Below, in pieces: positions 53,990-64,000 of a stretch of 64,000 nucleotides of DNA (position 1 is the stretch's first letter; the number at the start of each line of letters is the position of its first letter). The position numbers and the translations under genes are program-made. Source of the stretch: Eledone cirrhosa (taxonomy: Eukaryota). The stretch is taken from NCBI GenBank assembly GCA_964016885.1, contig OZ024742.1:32984001-33048000 (forward strand), given 5' to 3'. The notes beneath the pieces are model-generated. The model was given only the letters and a program-made list of their open reading frames with translations. It made no database searches and was not told where the DNA came from.

Positions 53990-56900
53990 CATCATCATCA
54001 TCATCATCATCATCAACGTTTAACGTCCGTGTTCCACGCTTGCATGGGTTTGGACGGGGGTAGTCCCACTTGAGGCAAGAGTGATTGTCTTGCTCGCATA
54101 GGACTGACTGGCAGGTTTTCTACAGTTGGATGCCCTTCCTAACAGCAACCACATTTACAGTGTGGGTCTGGGAGGTTTTTACCGTGTTGCCTACACGGCC
54201 ACATTACAGCGTGGACTGTGTGTTTTTTTGTCGTGACACCTACACGATCTCATTTGTTTCGGCCTCGATGGCGCGGCACCAACATAACTTTACATAGAAC
54301 GGGGTGGTGTGGATGGGGTGGGGGTGGTGGTGGTGGGACGGGGTGTATTTTGTTAGAGATGCCTACTGGCTGGAGTAGGTTTTACTATATATTTAGGTAA
54401 GGCGGGTCTTCTCTGTTACTGAGTACCGCCAAAGGTCTCGGTCCAGTGACATTGTCTTGGAGAGGTGTAAGTGTGTGATGTCGGAGTTTATCAGCTCGTC
54501 CCAGGTTTTTCTAGGTCTGCCTATTCCGTGACTACCGTCTATCTTTATTGCCCTGCACTTTGTTATACAGCTATCGACTTTCATGCGCATCACGTGTCCA
54601 TACCAACGTAGCCTTCTCTCGAGTAAACAACATCTGATCCCTCTTATCTCTAATTTTTTCCTTAGTTCGTTTATGCTTTGCCGTTCACGTATATTACTGT
54701 TACACATCCAGCGGAGCATGCAAGCTTCGTTCCTCTCTAGTCTGCGTATATCCTCTGCACACAATGCCCAGGTCTCACTGCCATGCAGCATTGCTGTTCG
54801 TATGCAGGCATCATACAACCTGCCTTTCATTTTTAGGGAGAACCCTTTAGCAGCTAATAGTGGTATAAGCTCTCTGAACTTTTTCCAACCAGTTCTGACT
54901 CTAGCTACAGTACTTTCAGAGCACCCTCCCCCACTGCTGATTTTATCGCCCAGGTAACGGAAGCTGTCCACTATTTCTATAGAACCCTCTGCGCAATTGA
55001 AAGAGCTAGTATTTTGTGGGCACTTGCTGCTACTTATTGCACCAGAACACCGGCCACATGTAAAATCTATGTTCTTAGTTAGCTTACCTGTGATCCCACT
55101 ACATCTTTTATGCACCCATACTTTGCATTTAGGACATAAAATGGAGTTTCTACCTACGCCTTTCCTACACACCGAGCACGACCATTTCCCAGAAGGGACC
55201 GCCGCCTTGTTTTCTTTCCTACAAACTAGTACTTTGGTCTTAGCCAGGTTAATTTTAAGTCCTTTTGACTCTAGGCCGTGCTTCCATGTTTGGAATTTCT
55301 TCTCTAGCTCGGCCATTGATTCCGCTATGAGTGTCAGGTCGTCTGCGTATTGGAGTTCCCATGGGCAGCCTGTCTTGAACTCCTCTGTTATAGCCTGAAG
55401 GGCAATAATAAATAGTAGGGGGCTGAGAACAGAGCCCTGATGGACGCCAACTTTTACGCTAAACTCTTCACTATATTCGTTGTTAATTCTAACCTTGCTG
55501 ACTGTTTCTTTATACATGGCTTGTATAGCCCTCACAAGCCATTCGTCAACGCCTAGTTTTCTAAGAGCCCACCAGATAATGGAGCGGGGGACTCTGTCGA
55601 AGGCTTTCTCCAAGTCGACAAAAGCTAAGTAGAGGGGTTTACCTTTAGCTAGGTACTTCTCCTGTAGTTGTCGTACTATGAAAAGAGCGTCTGTGGTACT
55701 TTTGCCTGACACAAACCCGAACTGCATTTCATCTAGGTCAATTCTCTCTCTGATTAGTTGCGCTATTACTTTTTCCGTGACCTTCATGACCTGGTCGATT
55801 AATTTAATGCCTCTATAGTTACTCCTATCTAGGGCGTCTCCTTTACCTTTATAACAGTTAACGATGATGCTGCTATGCCAGTCCTTCGGAACAACCCCAT
55901 TCTGTACGACTTGGTTAACTATGCGGGTGACCATGGTGTGTCCCACCGTGCCAGATGCCTTCAGCATCTCAGCAACTATTTCCGAAGGCCCAGCCGCCTT
56001 ACCCGTCTTCATATCCTTGATTGCCTTACTTATTATACTCCCCTCGACTAACACTGCTGGTCCCTCTATTGGGTCGATATGGGGGAGACTGTCTTTCTCC
56101 CATTTATTCTCCTCATTTAGTAGCCTTTCATAGTGACACTTCCAAGCTACCTTCTTATCAGCGTCGGTGATGGCAAGTGTGCCATCGTCGTTTAGTACAC
56201 ACTTCTCCCCGACAATATCACGGTTTTCCTTGACGCATTGCCTAGCAATCCTGAACACCTCACGTTTTTGGTCATCGCGTTGTAGAACATGCTTGAACTT
56301 TCTTTCCTCAGCTTCCCTTCTTGCTAAGTACACTTGTCTCCTAGCTTCCCTCCTGGCCACTTGATAGTCTTCTCTACTTCCCCCATCCCGCCATACTTTC
56401 CAAGCCTGCTTTTTGGCCTTAATTGACCCCTCCACCTTACTGTTCCACCACCATGTTACTCTCCTCCTGCCTACAGGCCTGCTCCAGCCACAGACTTCGT
56501 CTGTCGCCAACAGCAGGTTTGCTTTCAGAAATTCCCACTCTCCCTCTATATTGTCCGACTCTAAATGTTCTTCCTTACTGTCGAAAGCATCAAGTAATAT
56601 GCTTTGAAATTTATTCCTGGCTGTGGGGTCCTTTAGCTTCCATATTTTTCTCCTGAGGATAGTCCTCTTCTGCTGTCGAGTACGTCTCGTCCTGACTATG
56701 AGGTCGCTAATTATCAGTCTATGTTGGGAGGTGCATTCTTCATGGGGGAGGGATTTAGTGTTTACAACAGACACTCTGTCACGTCTTCTGGTAAGGATAT
56801 AATCTACCTGGCTTGTGTGTTCCCCGGATCTATAGGTGATCAGGTGATTGTCACGTTTTTTGAAGTTAGTGTTACAGATAGTTAGGTTATTTGCATCACA

Positions 56901-57263
56901 GAATTCCAGGATTCTGGAGCCTTCCTCATTTCTAGTACCAAACCCATAGCCTCCATGGATTTCGTCGTAGCCGTCACAATGTTGTCCAACGTGACCATTT
57001 AGTTCGCCTGCGATAATTATATAGTCACTGTCGGATATTTGGGAGGTAGTTAGCATCAGTGTCTCATAGAATCTGTCTTTTATAGTGCCGGGCAGTCCGG
57101 ATTGGGGTGGGTACGCAGATATTACTGTCACCGTAGTTCTATTGAGGACAAGTCGTATTTTAATTATTCTGTCGTTCACTCTATTTACGTCTATTATCTT
57201 ATCTGCCCACTTTTCTGCTACCATGATTCCTACTCCACCCAGCCCATCGTCGTTTCCCACCCA
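53990..57263 (-). mobile_element. Near full-length RTE LINE (subfamily A)
   Basis: 955-aa ORF plus 3' UTR and (GAT)n tail; 5' end truncated at a TA array. Confidence 0.96.
54393..57260 (-). CDS. RTE ORF: APE endonuclease (N-terminus missing), reverse transcriptase with embedded C4HC3 finger
   Basis: [25 protein letters not shown]; [46 protein letters not shown]. Confidence 0.93.
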   Translation of the reverse strand: MGNDDGLGGVGIMVAEKWADKIIDVNRVNDRIIKIRLVLNRTTVTVISAYPPQSGLPGTIKDRFYETLMLTTSQISDSDYIIIAGELNGHVGQHCDGYDEIHGGYGFGTRNEEGSRILEFCDANNLTICNTNFKKRDNHLITYRSGEHTSQVDYILTRRRDRVSVVNTKSLPHEECTSQHRLIISDLIVRTRRTRQQKRTILRRKIWKLKDPTARNKFQSILLDAFDSKEEHLESDNIEGEWEFLKANLLLATDEVCGWSRPVGRRRVTWWWNSKVEGSIKAKKQAWKVWRDGGSREDYQVARREARRQVYLARREAEERKFKHVLQRDDQKREVFRIARQCVKENRDIVGEKCVLNDDGTLAITDADKKVAWKCHYERLLNEENKWEKDSLPHIDPIEGPAVLVEGSIISKAIKDMKTGKAAGPSEIVAEMLKASGTVGHTMVTRIVNQVVQNGVVPKDWHSSIIVNCYKGKGDALDRSNYRGIKLIDQVMKVTEKVIAQLIRERIDLDEMQFGFVSGKSTTDALFIVRQLQEKYLAKGKPLYLAFVDLEKAFDRVPRSIIWWALRKLGVDEWLVRAIQAMYKETVSKVRINNEYSEEFSVKVGVHQGSVLSPLLFIIALQAITEEFKTGCPWELQYADDLTLIAESMAELEKKFQTWKHGLESKGLKINLAKTKVLVCRKENKAAVPSGKWSCSVCRKGVGRNSILCPKCKVWVHKRCSGITGKLTKNIDFTCGRCSGAISSSKCPQNTSSFNCAEGSIEIVDSFRYLGDKISSGGGCSESTVARVRTGWKKFRELIPLLAAKGFSLKMKGRLYDACIRTAMLHGSETWALCAEDIRRLERNEACMLRWMCNSNIRERQSINELRKKLEIRGIRCCLLERRLRWYGHVMRMKVDSCITKCRAIKIDGSHGIGRPRKTWDELINSDITHLHLSKTMSLDRDLWRYSVTEKTRLT

Positions 57264-57266
57264 ATT

Positions 57267-57298
<32 letters not shown>

Positions 57299-57301
57299 TA
57301 T

Positions 57302-57438
<137 letters not shown>

Positions 57439-57562
57439 TATATATATATATTTATATATACATATTTATATATATATATATATACTACCCACTCTACTAC
57501 CTCAAGTATTGAGTACTTTGGTGCGTTATGGTCCACCTGGTTCCTTACCACACTTCCTTCGT

Positions 57563-57661
<99 letters not shown>

Positions 57662-57680
57662 ATATAAATATATATATATT

Positions 57681-57711
<31 letters not shown>

Positions 57712-57760
57712 ATATAAATATATATATATTTATATATATATATATATTTATATATATATT

Positions 57761-57824
<64 letters not shown>

Positions 57825-57842
57825 TATATATATATATTTATA

Positions 57843-58952
57843 TCCTAAATGCAAAGTATGGGTGCATAAAAGATGTAGTGGGATCACAGGTAAGCTAACT
57901 AAGAACATAGACTTTACATGTGGCCGGTGTTCTGGTGCAATAAGTAGCAGCAAGTGCCCACAAAATACTAGCTCTTTCAATTGCGCAGAGGGTTTTATAG
58001 AAATAGTGGACAGCTTCCGTTACCTGGGCGATAAAATCAGCAGTGGGGGAGGGTGCTCTGAAAGTACTGTAGCTAGAGTCAGAACTGGTTGGAAAAAGTT
58101 CAGAGAGCTTATACCACTATTAGCTGCTAAAGGGTTCTCCCTAAAAATGAAAGGCAGGTTGTACGATGCCTGCATACGAACAGCAATGTTGCATGGTAGT
58201 GAGACCTGGGCATTGTGTGCAGAGGATATACGCAGACTAGAGAGGAACGAAGCTTGCATGCTCCGCTGGATGTGTAACAGTAATATACGTGAACGGCAAA
58301 GCATAAACGAACTAAGGAAAATATTAGAGATAAGAGGGATCAGATGTTGTTTACTCGAGAGAAGGCTGCGTTGGTATGGACACGTGATGCGCATGAAAGT
58401 CGATAGCTGTATTACAAAGTGCAGGGCAATAAAGATAGACGGTAGCCACGGAATAGGCAGACCTAGAAAAACATGGGACGAGCTGATAAACTCCGACCTC
58501 ACACACTTACACCTCTCCAAGACAATGTCACTGGACCGTGACCTTTGGCGGTACTCAGTAACAGAGAAGACCCGCCTTGCCAGTAGGCATCTCTAACAAA
58601 ATACACCCCTCCCGCCGCCACCCCCACCCCATCCACACCACCCCGTTCTATGTAAAGTTATGTTGGTGCCGCGCCATCCAGGCCGAAACAAATGAGATCG
58701 TGTAGGTGTCACGACAAAAAAACACACAGTCCACGCTGTAATGTGGCCGTGTAGGCAACACGGTAAAAACCTCCCAGACCCACACTGTAAATGTGGTTGG
58801 TGTTAGGAAGGGCATCCAACTGTAGAAAACCTGCCAGACAGTCCTATGCGAGCAAGACAAATCACTCTTGCCTCAAGTGGGACTACCCCCGTCCAAACCC
58901 ATGCAAGCGTGGAACACGGACGTTAAACGTTGATGATGATGATGATGATGAT
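57843..58952 (+). mobile_element. 5'-truncated RTE (subfamily A), inverted near-identical copy of 53990-55134
   Basis: ORF 57862-58596 is almost identical to the C-terminus of the 955-aa ORF; a ~28-bp deletion removes the normal stop. Confidence 0.95.
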
Positions 58953-58962
58953 ATTTATATAT

Positions 58963-59340
58963 ATAAAATATTAAACAAATAATGAATAAACAATTCCTTA
59001 TATTAAACAAAAAAAGTTCATTATTTAACGATCGTTTCTAGGGTATATATGTGTTATAATTGGTATGCATATTCAACAGATCTATGTACAAAATTATACA
59101 AAATTATACAAATTATCAAGATTAAAATACATACCTAACACATATATACGCCGTCTTCAATGTGTTAGGTATGTATTTTAATCTTGATAATTTGTATAAT
59201 TTTGTATAATTTTGTACATAGATCTGTTGAATATGCATACCAATTATAACACATATATACCCTAGAAACGATCGTTAAATAATGAACTTTTTTTGTTTAA
59301 TATAAGGAATTGTTTATTCATTATTTGTTTAATATTTTAT
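58963..59340. repeat. Perfect ~380-bp palindrome with ~18-bp loop
   Basis: Arms 58963-59142 and 59161-59340; each contains GAAA-CGATCG-TT. Confidence 0.92.
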
Positions 59341-59479
59341 CTTGACTCTGTATACCGTTTATCTTTCACCGAAAGTGGATTTTCATTACATCTCTTCTTT
59401 CCATGATATCCGGAATACATTGAGTTCTTCATACGGATTGGACACTACCGTAAACTCTTGGTAGATTTATCTACATATT

Positions 59480-59595
<116 letters not shown>

Positions 59596-59639
59596 AATAT
59601 ATATATATAAATATATATATATAAATATATATATATATA

Positions 59640-59679
<40 letters not shown>

Positions 59680-59742
59680 AATATATATATATAAATATAT
59701 ATATAAATATATATATATATATAAATATATATATATTTATAT

Positions 59743-59833
<91 letters not shown>

Positions 59834-59975
59834 ACGAAGGAAGTGTGGTAAGGAACCAGGTGGACCATAACGCACCAAAGTACTCAATACTTGAGGTAGT
59901 AGAGTGGGTAGTAGAGCCGTCGAAACGGCTTGAGCTCAGCTGTCGGGGTCTTACTGGTCCCTATATATATATATA

Positions 59976-60007
<32 letters not shown>

Positions 60008-60035
60008 AATATATATATATAAATATATATATATA

Positions 60036-60071
<36 letters not shown>

Positions 60072-60092
60072 AATATATATATATAAATATAT

Positions 60093-62210
60093 AGAATAAT
60101 TAATCATGATCATTCCAATAATTTTAATAATAATAATTCCAATCATTCCAATAATTTTAATAAAAGACCTAGATACAAAAACATAATCTGGTATAATGCT
60201 CCTTTCTCCATCTCTATTAATAACAATATTCCTAAATTATTTTTTAGTGCCTTAAATAAATGCTTCCCTCCCTCACATATCTATAGTAAAATATTTAACA
60301 AACACACCATCAACAAATTTTCTTATTCTACATCCTCCAATATTTCCAACATCATCTCTAAACACAACAATAAAATACTAAATACTAAATCTCTTCCTTC
60401 CAACATTGAATTTCATAATAACAGTAATAGTACTCCCGACGTCATTGTAAACCCTAGGGTAACTTCTGTAAACCCAAATACAACGTCAAACACAACTTCG
60501 CTAAATGTTCATAATCCAACTCTAAATCAAGAAACTATTATTCCTATTATTCCTATCGCAAACAACTTCTCCAATCCAATTCCTTCTATAGATAACACTA
60601 GGTCACTCATTAATAATCTCTCTAATTGCAACTGCCGCATTAAAAATAAATGTCCTCTCAACAACCATTGTCTTGATAAAAACTTAATTTATGAATGTAA
60701 AGTTATAACTAGCACCAATTCCTTCACCTATTTTGGCTCCACTTCCACCTCTTTTAAAGCTCGTCTCTATAATCACCATTCATCTTTCAAATACAAACTT
60801 AAAAGAACCAACACGGCTCTCTCAGAACTCATATGGTCCTTGAAAGACAAAAACATTAAATATACCATCTTTTGGAAGAAGGTTTCTTCTGCATCCTCAT
60901 ACTTGAACAGCTCTCTATCTAAAATCTGTAATCTCTGCCTAAATGAAAAATTTACCATTATCTCTAATCTAGATTCTATAATAAATAGACGTACAGATTT
61001 GTTTTCTATCTGCCTGCATAAATTCCATAGGACTTTTCACAAAGTATACAGTTAATATTCAATTCTTTATCAATTTAGAATCTTTTCTCAAAGGCACATA
61101 TACATACACCTCTTTAAAATATACCCATCTTCCTACCTTACTTCAAAGGGCATTATACACTCTATAATACTTGTTTACTCATTACCCTCTTTCTATCTTC
61201 ACCTTGTAAAATCCTTCATAACATATACATTTGTTTTTTTGACGTTAGAATATTCATCCGCAATTATTATTATTTTTTCTCTCTATTATAAAACTTTTTA
61301 ATCTCAATTTCATCCTTAATTTATTATTTTTTTCTCCCCATCAACGAACTCATTCTTAATACATATTAACTCGTTCTTCGCACATATTATCAATTCCTTC
61401 AATAAGCAAACTTTAACTTCACATTATTTTTCTCAAATCCTTCTACACACAAACCTTAATAATTTTTTCTCTTCGTTAATTTTGAAATTGCCACAATACT
61501 TATCAACATACACCTTTTTGACGTTAGAATATTCATCCACAATTATTATTTTTTTCTCTCTATCTTCATACATAAACTCCCTCTCTTCCCTCGCAAATAT
61601 TTTTCCCTTCGTTAATTTTCAAATTCTTTTAATTTATACATTATCTTCCAACGGTTCTCAACCTCTCTATGTAAAACAATATATCTTTTCTCAGTTATAA
61701 AAACTATCTCTTTCTCTCTATCACCCATCTCTCCCTCTCCACCTTCACTCTCATCTCCTCCCCCTTTTTTCATCCTTTCCACCCCTCCCCTCCCTAAATA
61801 AAATATTTTTTCCTCGTACATATCTTTCCCTTCGTTAATTTTCAAATTTTTTTAATTTATACATTATCTTCCAACGGTTTTCAACCTCTGTATGTAAAAC
61901 AATATATCTTCTCTCAGTTATAAAAACTATCTCTTTCTCTCTATCACCCATCTCTCCCTCTCATCTCCTCCCCTTTTTCATCCTTTCCACCCCCCCCCTC
62001 TCTAAATAAAATATTTTTCCCAATATCACACATCAATCTAAAACCACTTTTCATATGTTGATTTAAAACTGCACTATCCACAAGTGTTTTTTAGCCTTCA
62101 TATCATGTTCTCCTGTTTTATCTGATGAAAACACAAATATTATTGCATGATGATGTTTGTTTTTGAAATGCGCATAATAAAATACATGGAACTCCTTTAA
62201 CCATCTTTTG
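60093..62210 (+). mobile_element. 5'-truncated Penelope-like element (GIY-YIG endonuclease, Naiad-like) with terminal hammerhead
   Basis: ATG-less stop-free frame from about 60099 to 61055: NIIWYNAPFS..CFP..SKIFNKHTI..SYS..CNCRIKNKCPLNNHCLDKNLIYEC..TYFGSTS.SFKARLYNH..CNLCLNEK..IINRR..CLH*; C/T-rich 3' UTR with internal duplications. Confidence 0.88.
62114..62184 (+). ncRNA. Minimal type I hammerhead ribozyme in the Penelope pLTR
   Basis: TGTTTTAT-CTGATGA-(long stem II)-GAAA-TGCGCA-TA-ATAAAATA; palindromic stem III. Confidence 0.85.
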
Positions 62211-62224
62211 ATCTTATATTATAA

Positions 62225-62256
<32 letters not shown>

Positions 62257-62261
62257 ATATA

Positions 62262-62295
<34 letters not shown>

Positions 62296-62300
62296 AATAA

Positions 62301-64000
62301 GTGCAGTAGCATCATTGTCAACTGCTACAAAGGTAAAGGCGATGCACTAGATAGAGGAAACTATAGAGGTATAAAGTTGATGGACCAGGTCATGAAAGTA
62401 ACAGAAAGAGTTATAGCACAGCTGATTAGGGACCGGGTGAATATAGACGAGATGCAATTTGGGTTTGTACCAGGGAGAGGCACCACTGATGCCCTCTTCC
62501 TTGTGAGGCAATTACAGGAAAAGTACCTAGCTAAAAGTAAGCCACTCTACTTGGCATTTGTCGACCTTGAGAAAGCCTTTGACAGAGTTCCGCGTGCGGT
62601 AATCTGGTGGGCTCTTAGAAAACTAGGAGTAGATGAATGGCTTGTGAAAGTGGTACAAGCCATGTATAGGGGAGCAGTCAGCAAAGTTAGGATTAGCAAT
62701 GAGTATAGCGAGGAATTTAGCGTACAGGTTGGGGTCCACCAGGGCTCTGTTCTTAGCCCTCTCCTGTTCATCATAGTCCTGCAGGCAATAACGGAGGAGT
62801 TTAAGACCGGATGCCCATGGGAACTCCTGTATGCTGATGACCTCGCACTCATAGCTGAATCTATGGTAGAACTAGAGAATAAATTCCAAACCTGGAAGCA
62901 GGGACTAGAGAGAAAGGGCCTCAAAGTCAACATGACAAAGACTAAGGTCCTTGTAAGTAGACGAGAAAACAGAACCCAGATCCCCTCAGGGAAATGGCCT
63001 TGCTCAGTATGTAGGAAAGGTGTAGGTAGGAACTCCATTCTCTGCCCCAAATGCAAACAATGGGTACACAAGAGATGTAGCGGGATCTCAGGAAGCTTAA
63101 TTAAGAATGTAGGATTCACATGCAGCAGCTGTGCTGAAACAGCAAGCAAATAGCCACAGGAAACAAGTACCACCAATCTCTGGGAGGGCCCTGTAGAAAC
63201 AGTAGACAGCTTCTGCTACCTAGGTGACCGAATTAGCAACGGAGGTGGGTGCTCAGAAAGTACAATAACTAGGGTAAGAACGGGATGGAAGAAGTTTAGG
63301 GAACTACTACCACTGCTAGCTGCAAAAGGCTTCTCCCTCAGAATGAAAGGCAGACTGTATGATGCGTGTATCTGAACAGCGATGTTGCATGGTAGTGAGA
63401 CCTGGGCGCTGAAGGTGGAAGACTTACGTAGATTAGAGAGAAACGAAGCCTGCATGCTCCGATGGATGTGTAACAGTAATATACGTGAACGACAAAGCAT
63501 AAAGGAATTGAGAGAGAGACTGAGCATAAGAGGAATCAAATGCTGCGTGCAGGAGAGGCGGTTACGCTGGTATGGACATGTGATGCGTATGAAGGATGAC
63601 AGCTGCATAAAAAGGTGCAGAGCACTAGAAGTTGATGGAAACCGCGGAGTGGGGAGACCCAAGATGACTTGGGATGAGGTGATAAAAGCCGACCTTACCC
63701 AACTACACCTCTCAAAGTCAATGACACACGACCGTGACTTCTGGCGTCACGCAGTAATACAGGGTACCCGACCTCCCATGGGTACATGCTGAAGCATATA
63801 AACAATATGCCCCCCCCCCCCCCCCCCCCCCCGCAAGGTGGTCGTGGAGGTGCCACGGCAAAAAAGCACCCAGCCCACACTGTAAAGTGGACGTGTAGGC
63901 GCCACGAAAAAGCACCCAGCACTCACTGTAAATGAGGTTGGTGTTAGGAAGGGCATCCAGCTGTAGAAATCAAGCCAGATCAGTTCCTGTATGAGCAAGG
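62301..64000 (+). mobile_element. 5'-truncated RTE (subfamily B), near-identical to 52063-53760
   Basis: Same RT sequence with few substitutions; stops at 63151-63153 and 63373-63375. Confidence 0.95.

Noticed and set aside
54393-57260. 955-aa ORF as a fully active autonomous RTE
   Set aside because: The endonuclease N-terminus and 5' UTR are missing, and GDLN reads GELN at a catalytic position.

Overview
This is AT-rich, microsatellite-dense animal genomic DNA. The repeat families (RTE LINEs with (ATG)n tails, Nin/Deu-domain tRNA SINEs) suggest an octopus or other cephalopod; this is inference. One host gene is well supported: the last three coding exons of a DHHC palmitoyltransferase on the minus strand (48272-48100, 42585-42420, 40321-40127), which splice in phase. 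There is also an intronless 162-aa ParB/Srx-like ORF (12874-12386). The rest is mobile DNA: many RTE copies (one 955-aa APE-RT ORF with a PHD-like finger inside the RT), CR1-like and R4-like LINE pieces, a complete non-coding LTR element (tRNA-Trp PBS, CATG TSD), hAT, mariner and piggyBac-type MITEs, SINEs, and a Penelope-like (GIY-YIG) element. The most striking unannotated signal is a set of at least six well-formed and two degenerate minimal type I hammerhead ribozymes from several unrelated sequence families. They include a non-coding 446-bp retrozyme-like tandem/inverted array (13995-15325) and a perfect palindrome carrying two hammerheads (28368-28815). Several further fold-back palindromes appear to be built from Penelope/hammerhead halves.
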